The notes beneath the pieces are model-generated. The model was not told the DNA's origin. It searched no databases and saw only the letters and a list, made by a program, of their open reading frames with translations. From positions 103,292,001 through 103,356,000 of the forward strand of contig NC_043002.1 of assembly GCF_006345805.1 (NCBI RefSeq): 64,000 nt of DNA, in the 5' to 3' direction. The stretch is from Octopus sinensis (lineage: Eukaryota). Below are positions 23,908 to 37,869 of this stretch, one piece after another. Positions within the stretch are counted from its first letter, which is position 1, and the number at the start of each line of letters is the position of its first letter. Made by a program: the position numbers and the translations under genes.

Positions 23908-26705
23908 GTTTCCCTGGAGACAGTTGCTATGTTGATGCTGAAAACTCACGTTCGTGGAGAGAAGAGCATTTTGTCTGTAAACGTCACATCAAATTTGAAT
24001 TAAAAGATAAAAGTGACAAATATTAATATGTTCACTCAGCCGAAATAAATTTGACACGCAAGATGACCTCAAATTATGGTGAAATAGCATTATATTGTTT
24101 TTTTTAAGTTCATATAAATTGGTGTAGAGTGATTACAATACTAAAGTATTTGCTGCTACTTGTTATTTCAGCAAAGTACTAGTAAATGTTACTAATCTAG
24201 TATTAGTTGTTGTAAGTCAGAAAATAATCTTAAATATCTGGAAAAGTTAAATAAATCGATATTAACGAATTTTCAAAAAGAAAAAAAAAATTCAGCGAAG
24301 TTGTTGCAGGGATAGGAACTCAGTTTCGCATACAATTTTGTGTAAAGCGCTTTATCGAGAACGCATATCAAATGTAGACACGTTTATTATTTGAAACCTC
24401 ATGTCTGATTCGAATTATCCTGTAGACTTTAAAATTGTTTATTTGTAAATCTTTCTGAATGACAAAATTTGAAGATCAATGGTGAATATTTTACCATGCA
24501 TTTTCTGACGACAATAGTTCCATATTTTATCCACACTTTTATCTATTGTATATAATTATTTCAGCAAAAGATACGTTATGAGTAGGTTTATCAACCATAT
24601 GGGTGATTATGATTTGGGAGATGGTACACTTATTTTTGAACTTATAGGATTATATTGAGCACGATATCTATTTTTAATCTTGTAATTTCTTATTCGTAAT
24701 TAACGAATATACACATTATTACATGCATACACACGAACGCACACACGTGCATTCACAATATATATATAAATATATATATAATATACGTATATTATATATG
24801 TATATTATATACCATTAATTATTTAACGCACTCTTGTTATTTTCATACGATGTAGAATTGGTTTCAGGTTTTAATTTTAAAAACAATTACGTTTGGAGAA
24901 TTATTTTCAGATTTTCTTCTCCAATATAGGAGTATTTCTACAAAATATCTTATTCATTCAGCGGTACTGAGAGATATTGCCACGGAATTGCAAATTAATG
25001 TTTATTTAAATAAATTTATACATGTCATTTACATATAAATGACATGTATAAATATTTTAATTTATATCCAGAAGTAATATCGGAAAATTAATAAATGCAT
25101 TCATTCCATATATGTATTTCATACATTCTGTCATCGGGGCAATAATAAATACATGATAAGTGAAAAGCATTTTCAATTTCACAATGTTTACCTTCATACT
25201 TACGATTTTTAATCGAATAATATGCAACAAATATAGTTGTAGATAAATGAAATGCTTATTTACAAAACATTTAATCCTACAAATAATTCATTTCGATTTA
25301 TACGAACAATTACTATCACTAAATTGATAAAAGAATTCTTGTGGAAAAATAAGTTATATACATTTTGTTGTGCTTGCGTTAGACGCAATGTCAGCAAAAA
25401 AGCATCTCATAACGTTAGGAAATAGGAAATTCTATGTTCATAAACTCAGGCTTTGTGCAGGCAAAACATATCCAACCATTGTGTTATACATAACTGCATA
25501 AAAGTTTTATTTGCATGCAAGTTAATTCCACGAATAATTTATTTGGACAAACATATAATTAAAATTACAAAATTTATCAAATAAAAACAGCTGGCAAATT
25601 GCAAATCCCTTTTCTATATTTTGCATTGTTACCATTATCATATAAACAACAATAAAAAAAGGAATTTTGTAATCTGACAATTGTTCCCGATATAAAAGCC
25701 TGCAGTTGCTAGGCGAACAAAATCCAACAACGTATAATTGAATGAAATATCATTTTTGAAATGTGAATTTTTCCACTATTAAATTCAATAAACAATTTAA
25801 AGAAGGTACAGAAGCGTTTCTAAAATAAGCTGCTTGATCTTGTTGTATAAATAGTTATTTCCTACAGGTTATAATTACTGGTAGGAAGAACGTCAGCAGT
25901 GGTCGATCCCATTTATTTTCAAACTAATTCAAGCCATAATCACCCACATCCTTCTCAGGTGGAGAATATCTATCACTAAATTTATTCAATGAAAGCTTAG
26001 ATTTTAATTCTGAACTCCTGAGCATTCTGTTGATGAAAGTTTCATTTCTATTCTAAACATCCGAGGCACGACGCAGAGCAATTTGCTCTTCGTTCGCCAT
26101 CTCGCTCATAAATATAACTTACTGAACATCTATAAACCCAATATTTATATTAATCTAACACAATTGAATGACAAATGTTGGTGCAAATGTTGATTTTTTA
26201 TCTTTCATAATTTTAGCTTTTCCTCATGTTTAACACCCACCTCGTTTCTGTTTTTCGGTTAAAATTCAAAAATGAAACACAGCGACTTAAACACGAGTAG
26301 ATATTGTAATCTTACTCACACACACACACACATGCAGAGGTATAGATAGACATACAGACAGACAGACAGATAGGTAGGTAAATAGATATAACATCCATTC
26401 TCTTTTCGATAATCACGCTTGTCATATTAACAATATTTGTATATCCTTCAATAGATATTACTTCAATAGATATTACTTTAATATATCGAAAATATTTGGA
26501 ATATATCGAAAAATACTGAGACTCAAAGAGGAAAGAAGATAAGCGATGTTATATAATAATTCTGAGTGCAAAAACATAATTGAATTGCTAAGAATTACAG
26601 CCAAATTTTTCAGAGACCCTTAAATACATAATGCAACAAATCAGATGTTCCTTGATATAGTTTGTTTTGGTATTAATATTGAACTTTCATTGAGCCAGGA
26701 AGCTT

Positions 26706-26815
26706 TTAAGGTTTATTTTAACATGGCTCACTCGTGGCACTCCGTCGGTTACGACGACGAGGGTTCCAGTTGATCCAATGAAAGGAACAGCCTGCTCTTG
26801 AAATTAATGTGCAAA
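26706..26815 (-). mobile_element. SINE family C 3' fragment
   Basis: ggcactccgtcggttacgacgacgagggttccagttgatcc is the reverse complement of the family C tail. Confidence 0.8.
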
Positions 26816-27232
26816 GACCCTCGTCCTTCTTCCTGTGATTGTTTAAGCCACATAAACTCTTCTTTCTGCCAGCATAGTATTGTAAGTAAGTAAATTACAC
26901 AGTCCCCTCTTCCAATATACAATGTTGTTCTCTCACACAATAGTTCGGTTCAGTGAGAAAGGAAACTCAAAATTCAATCTCCTAATTCGTCTGGAAACTA
27001 AAGAACAAAATAAGAACTATACAGAAACTAAAATGGAAGATCGCCAAAATGTTTACAAGAGATGACGAAACTGCGGAATATTTCTGTAAGAAAATATCAG
27101 ATGTGGAAAGCTTTTGCTAATTATATCAATTAACCGTGGTTCAGAGCTATTATTTCATTTCCTTCATAGAAGATTATTTCTATTTAACTTCCGGGTGACT
27201 GAATATCCAGGTAAACTGTTGCAAATTTGTAG

Positions 27233-27309
27233 AATTCGTATATGACGAGCTTCGTGGGGTTGTTGACGTGAAGAAGCCTAATTCGGACGACTTCTTCATT
27301 GACACAACA
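27233..27309 (+). CDS. candidate exon (EFVYDELRGVVDVKKPNSDDFFIDTT)
   Basis: ttgtag acceptor, GTAAGC donor, locally raised GC, open frame. Confidence 0.35.
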
Positions 27310-27339
27310 GTAAGCTAACCATATTCAACCTTCAGCATA

Positions 27340-29330
27340 TTCAAGCACATGATTCTCACTTCTTACAAGAATTACTCTCCCGCTTGCATCTGAGACGTCT
27401 ATCGAAGAAGCCAATCGACAGGGCCAACTTTACATCCTTCTGGAGGGCGCCCATACCCAGCGCGCTCGAACATGCTGCACTCCCCTCATTCTTGCGCACG
27501 AAGGCCTCCACACATGACGCAGGCGCAAAGTGTCTACACTTATCAAGGAAGATGTCTTGGCGTCTATGAGAGTAGCCGCCCCTGAATACACCGTCCTCTT
27601 CTCCACACAAGACATCGTGACTGCCTCCGACTCAACTACCCTGAGCCACCTGCAGACCTCAGACCCATGTACACACCCGTACTACAGACACTATACGTAG
27701 CCACCAAGATGGACAACCTATATGCTCTGAGGCCTTTTGTTGCTAGTAGATCTGCAGTTGTTGCCAGTCTCCGACGCAATCACCTCAAAGACTTGCTTTC
27801 TTCACTCACTTCCACATCTGGGCGCCGCCTGCTAAGTGCCATTATGGCTCTCATTAACACATTTATTTAGAGCGCATTGGGTACTTGCTCACGAGGCCTC
27901 TTTTTTTAAGCCCTCCTAAACAATCTCAGGAAGAAGAACGAGTGTATACGTCCCATCGCTGTGGCAATGTCTTCTGGAAACATGCAGTCAAAATAATCTG
28001 CAGCTTCGCCTCACCTGAATTATGCGAGGAACCCAACATTGTGCAGATGGGGTCAGTGTAGTCAACGGGTGTAAAAAAAAAATCACCTATGCCGCTAGAC
28101 TGTTTTTCAAAGATAGCCCTTCAGCGGATTTTGAGGGACTCCAAACGACATAGTGTTAAGCTTGACGTGAAAAACGCTTTCAACCGTCTGCACCGTGATC
28201 CCTTGCTACAGGCCTGCTTGTGTTATGCTTCGTAATCCTACCCACTGGCTTAACCGCACGTCATGGCGTAGATAAGATCATATTATATTCGACTGGCGTT
28301 CTATAGGACAATTCATTAGGCCCTTCCATATTCTCTCTCGCAGTGGACAGCATTATTAACAGCATTACGGATTCTATAAACGGTTGGTTCGTTGACAATG
28401 CGACGATAGATTGGTCATTAGGGAGTATCTGTCACGATCTCCGATCAGTGGTTTGCGCTCTAGCGAGAATCGGCCTCAGATGAACTCGTCCAAGTCAGAG
28501 TTCATCAAAGACGACTACGACGCAGAGGGCTTTGCAACCTCCGTCTCGGATATACGTAAACTACTCCACTAGGAACAAGTGATCTCAAAAGAGGACGTCC
28601 TTATCATTGGTTCGCCGATCCTCCCTCCTTCCATTCATTCCACACTCCGGTATAAGCATGACCAGCTTCAAAGATAGAGTGAAAAACTGAATGCGATCGA
28701 CGCTCACCGAGTACAATTCCTGTTAAGGGACTGCTTCTCCATTCCGACGCCATTGTATACCCTCCGCAGTTCCCCTTAGAGCACCGACAAGAACAGCACC
28801 ATCCGATATGTTCCCACCCAGCCTCCGAGCATCACATCGAATCTTGACCTAATACGGGGCCATTGTTTGCAACATGTATCCGGCTTGATACCAACTGTAC
28901 TGCTAATCAGTGTTTCTCTGAGATATGGCCTCCAGATTCGTGAACCTCATGAATACTGCTGCTTATCCACTATAGATGCACCCACTGCCACGCCGCCATA
29001 GTGATGGCCGCCTTCCACGCTACGTCGGCCTTAACATGATCACGAAGTATGATGTAGACGTCGCAGACTTAATTTCCCAGCTTGAACCAAAGGATCTTTA
29101 CCGAGAGGATGTCAGAATACCGGCCGGCATGCAACTATTCCTGTTCCGTGGTGCAAGGTCCTCTATCTGGTAGGTCCTGCTGTGAGACCTCCAGCGGCAA
29201 GTTGCTGTGGTTAGCCACCAGCCCTCACTCCGCTTCTCGTATGGTAAGAATAGAAAAATTCGATAGGCTCTGTATTTTTATGTATAGATTGCTAGCGCTG
29301 TCTATCATCGAAAAGGCAAGATCAGACTGA
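27340..29330 (+). mobile_element. CRE-clade non-LTR retrotransposon, degenerate (RT + RLE remnants)
   Basis: LRRNHLKDLL, KK..IRPIAV, VKLDVKNAFNRLHR, LGPSIFSLAV, WFVDNAT (YLDD-like), LLRDCFSIP, GRLPRYVGLN, LEPKDLYRED (EP.GL.R.DG.RPDG-like); many stops and shifts. Confidence 0.8.
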
Positions 29331-29997
29331 AGTCACGTGTCCTAGTAGCCCGAGCGACAGAAGTAGTGGTGAATGTCTACAGTTGGCTTTTTTGTTTTTA
29401 TACACAATCGCTTGAGTCTTTTCTCTCCTGTTAAACATTACAGTGTTTGTGTGTTCTAAGGCAACATCCACATTGAAGTGGTGAATATTTTACCATTGGC
29501 TATTAATGATGCCTCTGCTGTTCTCTCTCGCTTTCTCTCTCTCTGAATACATACACACACACACAAACACACACATATATACACACACACATACGTGCGT
29601 GGGTGTATGTGTATGCGTGTGTGTGTGCGCGCAGCAGACGCACGCGTATATCGGTGTGAGCTGGAACCACAGTGTATTTGTATATGTCTCTACGTATCGA
29701 TATTTTAAAATGTATTTATTTATTTTTGACATTTATATGAAAATCATAGCGGGAGTTGACAATCTTTTTCAATAAATCTCCGCCAAGTGATAGAGTTCCA
29801 ATTGTGAATGTTAACAAAGAACCACGTAGAGTTGTCAAGAGACGTGAAGAAGCGAAGCGGAAACATCGTCGAGATTTCTCCTTGAGATTTATGAAAGAAT
29901 CATGGTATTAACAGCACGGAAGTATGACGTGCTGTTCAACAGTCAGCGTCTTTCAGCTCGGTAACTATAGTTACATTAAATGGCAAATGGTTTCCTT

Positions 29998-30061
29998 TAT
30001 CATCATCATCATCATCGTCATCATCATTATCAGCAGCAGCAGCAACATCATCATCATCATC

Positions 30062-30093
<32 letters not shown>

Positions 30094-30145
30094 CATCATC
30101 ACCTTTATCATCAACAACAAAATCATCATCAACATCATCATCGTT

Positions 30146-30181
<36 letters not shown>

Positions 30182-30358
30182 GTCATCATCGTCATCATCG
30201 TCGTCATCATCATCATCATCATCGTCATCATCATCATCGTCATCATCGTCATCATCATCATCATCATCATCATCGTTGTTCTTGTTCAGAGTAGTAGTAG
30301 TAGTAGTAAAAGCAGCAGCAATAGCAGCAGCAACAATAGCAGCAGCAATAGTAGTAGT

Positions 30359-30440
<82 letters not shown>

Positions 30441-30441
30441 A
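29998..30441. repeat. compound triplet microsatellite (CAT/CGT)n-(CAG)n-(TAG)n
   Basis: Direct reading. Confidence 0.95.
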
Positions 30442-30921
30442 GAGAGTGATAAACTGGCAGAATTGATAGTGATTCGGACTAAGCAGTTAGCAGCATTTCG
30501 TCCGCGTTCCCTTCCAAGTTCAAATGCAGATGAGGTCGACTTCAACTTTCATTCTGTCGGAATTGGTAGAATGAAAATCATCTGAATAGCAGGGTGACTA
30601 ATCGATTGACCACTGGCGCTACAGTTGCTGACTTGGAACCAAAATTAAAAAATATATTATTAATACAGGCGTTGATATATCAGAATCGTTAGCGCGACGG
30701 AGAAAATGTTGAGATGTATATCTTCTCATTCTTTACGTTCTGAGACCATATTTTCCCGAGATTCATTTCACTTTCAAACCTCAAGTACTGGGACCGGTGT
30801 AATTCAAGTGCCTCCATTCCACCAAATCTAGCATGAACAGCAAACAGGAATCACCTTTATCGGCTGAATATGGACAGCTGGCACTTTCCATCATAGCCAG
30901 CCAAATAAGCTGAGTTTTCAC

Positions 30922-30988
<67 letters not shown>

Positions 30989-30989
<1 letters not shown>

Positions 30990-31479
30990 GGTCACAGAAA
31001 ACGAGAAAGCAACCATACTCTGGGATATGCCGATACACACAGATAGAGAAATTAAGGCCAACAGACCAGATATAGTTGTCAGAGATCATGAAGAAACAAA
31101 ATGCTTTCTAATTGATGTATCAATACCGGCAGATGACAACGTGTCTCTAAAAGAAATGGAGAAACTCTCAAAATACAAAGACCTGGAAATAGAGATAACT
31201 AGAATGTGGAACCTGAAAACAGAAACAATTCCTATCATAGTAGGTGCATTAGGCATGATAAAAAAATATTCAGAAAAATACATAACAAAAACACCAGGAC
31301 TTACAAACACATATAACATACAGAAAATTGCACTACTAGGCACTGCACACATCCTACGCAGAACACTTTCCATACAATAACCATCAGAGCATCACAACAA
31401 ATCACAGTACATACCTAAGGCACACAGAGCTGCGCTCGGTAGTGAAGTGAAAGCACGCTATAAAAATAAAGCTACTGAA
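30989..31479 (+). mobile_element. R4/Dong-clade element, 5'-truncated, inserted in (TAA)n
   Basis: ILWDMPIHTDREIKANRPDIVV...LIDVSIP...EKLSKYKDL...IPIIVGALG (restriction-like endonuclease); (TAA)n at 30922-30988 and 31482-31570. Confidence 0.92.
31027..31380 (+). CDS. R4/Dong restriction-like endonuclease domain, open frame
   Basis: ORF track 117 aa with the PD-D motif intact (RPD...IDV). Confidence 0.85.
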   Translation: MPIHTDREIKANRPDIVVRDHEETKCFLIDVSIPADDNVSLKEMEKLSKYKDLEIEITRMWNLKTETIPIIVGALGMIKKYSEKYITKTPGLTNTYNIQKIALLGTAHILRRTLSIQ

Positions 31480-31508
31480 TGATAATAATAATAATAATAA
31501 TAATAATA

Positions 31509-31561
<53 letters not shown>

Positions 31562-31570
31562 TAATAATAA

Positions 31571-32550
31571 AGAGAAGACACCGGGGACGTTTAAGATGTA
31601 AGAAGGAAAATACAGAGCTCCGAAATCTATCCACAAACATCGAAAACAAGGACACCCTATGGAGCCAAAGATTTACTAACAAAGAATTGGACTATATCCG
31701 AGTAAGTAATACAAATTGAAATTTATTACTATTTTCGAAACGAAATGATGTATTTTGACTCGATATTATCTCCACCTCTAACACAACACATGTAAACATG
31801 CGTGGAACAACACGATCATCCCCGACCTCAAACACCATGTACAAAGGAACTACGAAGAAATTAAATGCCACCGATACTATTCAACCCAAGAATAACAATC
31901 GAGCGGTACGTACATTAAACCTACAACAAAAAATGTACGAAAAACTACACGTGCGAAATAATGTGACAACAGAAATAAAAGGACCGGTACTCTACGAAAA
32001 TGACGACCGTCAAAATAATGGGCCGGACGTTGTACCTCATGTCCCGCAATTAAAACCCAAAAGACGTGAGGAATACATTTCTATCTTACACGCATACTTC
32101 ACAGCAATGCTCTACCCACAAAATGAAAATACAACAACACATACATATAAAATATGGAAGGAAAATAATAGAGATATAGACTTGGATACAGCAATGAACC
32201 CTAATAAATTAGCTAACGTACGAAGATACATTCTCAAAGCCAAAAAAATATCAGAAATAGAAATAGAACATTTAAAAGAAAAAATACACCAAGAAAATGT
32301 AGATAGAAGCCACACAACAATGCCCAATAATATAAACACTGAAACTGTAAAACACGAAGACAAACGCAACATTCCCAACAAACACGATGTAAACAACGAA
32401 GGGGAGCCTAATGATTATGATAATATAAAAGATAAAATAATCAAAGAACTAAAAACCACAGAGCTCAAAATGGACCACCGACCATACCTCCCAAGAATAA
32501 AAATAAACGCAATAACAACACCAATTATAAACAACATAAACCTAGCCATC
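31571..32550 (+). mobile_element. R4/Dong-clade element 5' end (UTR + N-terminal ORF 31798 onward)
   Basis: Starts immediately after (TAA)n; KRREEYISILHAYF...KLANVRRYILK resembles the R4-clade N-terminal region; truncated by a SINE A tail. Confidence 0.7.
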
Positions 32551-32640
32551 ACTGGGCTCGATATAATTGACTTAATCCATTTGTCTGTCCTTGTTTATCC
32601 CCTCTGTGTTTAGCCCCTTGTGGGTAGTAAAGAAATAGGT
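32550..32640 (+). mobile_element. SINE family A 3' tail fragment
   Basis: cactgggctcgatataattgacttaatcc...gtagtaaagaaataggt. Confidence 0.88.
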
Positions 32641-32659
32641 ATGAACGAACTTCAGAAGC

Positions 32660-32950
32660 AATCACTGAAAATAAGAATTACAAAATACTCTGGTATGCCA
32701 TGATTCAGTTCGATAATCGAACCAGATATCGGAAATCGGACATTGTTGTGGGGATTAAAAAATGATGAAATGTATTATAATCGACATAGCATGCCCCGGT
32801 CACAACAGGATTAATGTGAAAGAAGAAAAAGCAAACGACTATGACGATTTGAAGTGGGAAATACGGAAGTTATGGTCAACGAAGAGAGTAGACGTTATAC
32901 TAATAGTAGTTGCTGTCCTTTAGAGTCCCATTAAGAATATTATAGCTAAC
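32660..32950 (+). pseudogene. older R4/Dong RLE fragment
   Basis: KILWYAMIQFD...KSDIVV, IIDIACPG, YDDLKWEIRKLW, VILIVV. Confidence 0.75.
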
Positions 32951-32984
32951 TGGGAAAGCTAGAGTGTTGATACCTATTAAATTG

Positions 32985-33660
32985 TTTTTTTTGCATTGAA
33001 CTTTGTTTTCAGTATTAATCTAACTCGTCTACGGTATTCCTTTCTCATCGTCTCTTACATGTGTGTGTATTGTTGCATATCTAGTTCATTGATTACTAAG
33101 TATTTGCATGTCTGGTTTTGGTCTACAACTTTTATTTCATTTGTTTTATATAGTGTGATGTTGTTTCTCTTAACTAGATTTTCGCTTCATAAGGTTGCTT
33201 TGGCACAATTTTCTAAGTCAAATTTCATATTTATTTCTTTGGTAAATCCATGTACTCTCTGTAGTAATGCTTCCAGCGGTTTACCGTTTGTAGCATACAG
33301 TTTTAGATCATCCATATACAATTGATGATTCATCGTTTTGCCGTAACACTTCTGGCCTGTACTGTTTAGCATATGAGCTAAAGGTGTCAGTGCCAAACAG
33401 AAAAGGAATGAAGAGAACGTGCCTCCTGGGAATATTCCACTTCTAATAGGGATCGCTTTTGTTTTTATGGGTCCTTCTTTTGCCTGTTGCTGTACCAGTG
33501 TTATAGAATGTTTTATATATTTCATGATTATCGATGCTACCCAGTTCATGGATAGTGTTTCTAGGATCCATGTCTGGAGATGACTATCAAAAGCCCTTCG
33601 ATAATCAACATCTTCCTGCGGTTGTCTTTAGTTATGTCTTTATTGATCAGTAGCTGACCT
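32985..33660 (-). pseudogene. R4/Dong RT fragment
   Basis: DYRRAFDS, GIFPGGTFSSFLFCLALTPL, HQLYMDDLKLYA, KEYRRRVRLIL. Confidence 0.85.
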
Positions 33661-36600
33661 TTACAACCACATGAGCCCTTGTAACATCCCCTCTGCGCAA
33701 TATTATGATTACTTTTCATATACACATAACAGATTAGATTGTTGGAAAAGAAAAATATCCTACCATCGTGCTACAACAAATTGTCATAAATTCCAAGAAC
33801 CCTCCTAAGTATTCTAGTAATCCCTAATAACACAGTTTTCTGCAGCTGTACTAAATCGGGTTTTATGCCTTTTTTACTCTACCCACCTGTTCACATCTTT
33901 AGGGATAGTTCTCAATGCACCTGTAACTACTGAAACACATACTGAGACCCTGCCACGGATTGGCGTCGAGTTGAAAGGGAACTTAGTGATCGCGGTTACT
34001 TATGCGCGGTTACCCTATACATATACGTATAGGGTAAGCAACTCTATACATACTAGGAGTCGAGACAGTAACACCAGCTTTGAAGAAGATGTTGTTTTCT
34101 TGACTGTGTTATCACGGGTTGGTCATTATGCCAGTAATAAACATAAGCACTGGTTGTATTTCAATTCTTTGTATCTAACGAATTAACTGTTTGAATCGTT
34201 TGGCCTTCCATTAATTTCTCATCATTTTTCCACTGTACGAATTACTTAGAGCATGTCGACCATAAAGCTGATAGATATCGTGTGTTTGTCTTCATACGCT
34301 TTTATTTCCTCTGTTGTCATTTACACAGACGTCATCAGAGAGAAAGAATTCTTTGTTACTACGCATTTTTGCGAGCGTAATTGGTCAGCAAAATCGCCGT
34401 TCTGACATTACGTGCTCTTCTTTATGTATTTATAGATTTCATCCAACGCGTTTTGCTTTGGCTACGGTGACGTCGGCGAACAGACGAGTTCCGTCTAAAA
34501 TGGACTGATTCTATACATCATTAGTTTTCTGCAGCAACTTTTCGGAACTCCTTAGATGACTGTTAACTCTAATTGCCATTGTATATTGTTTGACAGTAAT
34601 ACATAATTGTTTAAAGATCAAGTGTGTTGGTGAATTTATTTGAGATATTATGATACTTTAAAGTTTGTTTTCTATTTGTACATTTACTTTTCTCTAGATA
34701 AGTGCTCGGGTGAATTTTACTTTAATGTAGGGGAAGTTAAAAGACTCTTATTTGTGTTTATCACCGTTATTACTTTAGTCATTTCAACTTTTTATTGGAT
34801 ATTTTGTTTCTTAATCGTTCTTATCAATTTGATTTTGTCGTTGAGTAAATTGTTAATATTTGTAATATATCATTCCTTATAGTAGGTTACCACTGTATTA
34901 TCTGTCACAGTGATATATGAAGACATTGTCGATGTTTTTAGAAATCATACAGAGTTTGTTTAAATTTCCTGCTTTGTATTTTTTACTTTTTGTCCGTGTA
35001 TTTATTTTTATTATGTTTATCACAAACTATACCACACTGTCTGTTACATTAATGATTCTTATAGCTCACAAATTTTTAAACTTTGGTAGAATTGTTTGAT
35101 TTGAAGTTTCTCTCATATTTTGGTTACATTTTGGTTATATTTCTGATATAATGAATTTTGTACGGGGTCAGAAAAATGCAATTTGGTCTTGGATAACAGT
35201 TATGGCAAGCTGGCGCGATTTCTTTCGATGAAGAACGTGTTTGATTTATAGCGCAATATCTCGTTTATCGTCACAAGAGGTGTGCATATTATTAATAGAA
35301 GAGTTTATAGTATACAATAATTGTTCCTTACAAAAGCAAATGCATAGATTATAGAATATACAAACACATCCCGAATGTCATAAAGCAAAACGCATTACTC
35401 GAATCTATTAACTAATACCAACAGTATACATAAAATATTAACAATGTATAGCATATTATCAATAACAAACCAGGAACATATAAATCTATGAGAAATCTGT
35501 TAATATCGAATGTAATTTATGAGTTCGATTGTCAATACGATAGCTGTAAACTGCACAGCTGGTGTAGAGGCTACAAAGTTGACTCTCCCCGGGAAAGTGA
35601 TCCGAAATCTATTACAAGGAAAAATTGCAACAAACTACGTCACACATAAATGACTAAAGCAGGTCGCGAAATAAAACACTGTACGGCATTTATATATTCT
35701 AGAAAGATCTACACAAAAGCAGAGCATTATTCATGGTAACAATGTACACAACACAACATAGCTCCCTTCTCAGTTTCTTCTGTAGGAAAGGGAGAACTCA
35801 TGATGGCAAAAAGGTGCTTCAAAGCTAATGGAGAAGAGGGAGGAAGATATCTTCAAACCAGAGACTAGTCTAAATTCTTACAACAAAGTGGACCCATAAA
35901 GTAAAAACGCAGGGAATATACACGGGGCGCAAGACACCGGCAGTTGTCACGTTACGAACACGAAGCGGTTAAAATTATTCAATATTCAGTGGCTATCAGT
36001 AAAGACATAGTGCCCCGTGTGCCGACAATGTGGTGAGAAACAGGTTGCAAAATTTAGTTTGGAAGAAACTAATAAATTTGATAATGTATTTGGTGTAAAA
36101 TAATATCTGAGATAATTCTAAAAAAGCAACTAAATAAATTGGTAAAATTAGAAGAGAGTCTATAAACGAATACAAACGCACGGACGCACACATACATGAA
36201 CTCATTTATATTAATATACAGGCGTTACTGTGACCTTTGGGATCATCAATTAGGCTGCAGTCAATCTGATACACACACACATGTATGCATATATTTAGAT
36301 CTACACGTGTATGAATGTGTGTGCTTATGTTTGTATGTATGTATGTATGTATGTATGTATGTCTGTATGTGCGTGTGTATGTGTGTGTTTCATACACATT
36401 CATAAATAAATGCATATAAAGGCTACATACAGCTAGATACATAGATAGATAGATATAGATATAAAGATATATGCGGGTGTAGATTGTGTATGTATATATT
36501 TATAAACGCCACTTAAATACATTGTAAATTTTATTGTTTAAAGGTATCAAACCCAGACATATGCGAAGACAATTTACGCTGAAAATCTCATAAAATGAAT

Positions 36601-37094
36601 TGTATTATTGTTGAAGTAAACTTACAATAAAAACTATAATAGGTATCATTGTAAATTATTATTATTACAATTATATTTATTATTATTGTTGTTGTTGATG
36701 CTGTTTTTGTTTTTGCTTTTGGTGTTCTTGTGGTTTTCTTTTGTTTATACTTGTGTTGTTTTGTTGTTATTATTGATATTTCGTTGTTATTAATATTATT
36801 ATTATTATTATTAACGTTATTACTATTGTTGTTAGGTTTTGTTTTCGTATTTTCTAATGTCTCATAAATGATGTCTAGCAAAAAGACATAGCTTTTATTT
36901 GATGAGACATCTGTTTGTCTGTATCATTAATTCTGCCTGCCAGCTGATGTAACGTTTACCTCGAAGAGTTCAATCACTAACTTAGCCATAATTAATCTTC
37001 TCTTCTTACCAATATACAATGACAACATATAGTTTTAGTTATATTTTAACATTAGGAAAAAACACAAACCTATATACACAAACACATTTATATA

Positions 37095-37173
<79 letters not shown>

Positions 37174-37292
37174 GTGTGTGTGTGAGAGAGTGTGTGTTAA
37201 TGTACTTTTACATTTTTAAATGTTTCAGAAAACTTCTATATACACATATCTAGGTATATACAGAGACACACACACATAGAGCCGGTCCCACG

Positions 37293-37526
37293 TACCTATT
37301 TCTTTACTACCCACAAGGGGCTAAACACAGAGAGGACAAACAAGGACTGACAAACGGATTAAGTCGATTACATCGACACCAGTGCGTAACTGGTACTTAA
37401 TTTATCGACCCCGAAAGGATGAAAGGCAAAGTCGACCTCGGCTGAATTTGAACTCAGAACGTAACGGCAGACGAAATACGGCTACGCATTTCGCCCGGCG
37501 TGCAAACGATTCTGCCAGCTCGCCGC
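37293..37526 (-). mobile_element. SINE family A monomer
   Basis: Full head-to-tail match to the 2079-2306 copy. Confidence 0.92.
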
Positions 37527-37869
37527 ATACCGACGCACGCACACACACAAAGGAAAGTGATGACAAATGGAACAAAGTGCCACTCAACCCATTTGGCTGG
37601 AAAATATGGGATTTAAAAACCGTTAGATGCGATTCCCGGCAAATTATTAGGTTCTTCCTACCTAATAAATGATACGGATTTGTTTTACCAACCTCCGAAA
37701 AGTTGGGTTGCATTGAGTAGAAACAAACCGTTAGAAATAGGCGATCTTGGATCTAATATTAACCAACCCCTCGAGCTCCGTTCACAGAATTTCAGTTGAA
37801 AGAATCTCTCCTCTGAAAACACGGCATGATACTCTGTAATTTTAATGACCAGCATATCAAAGCCAAGCC

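Noticed and set aside
25860-26120. piggyBac-like N-terminal peptide on the minus strand
   Set aside because: Only vague similarity; no DDD motifs or TTAA-flanked TIRs.
27170-27232. Extra exon 27170-27210 joined to 27233
   Set aside because: It would need a 22-nt intron, too short to be spliceosomal.
29924-30545. His-rich, Ile-rich and Met-rich ORFs
   Set aside because: Products of compound triplet microsatellites.
34010-34056. 11-bp hairpin with downstream CTAG as a Helitron 3' end
   Set aside because: The stem is AT-rich, CTAG is not followed by T, and no 5' TC end or second copy was found.
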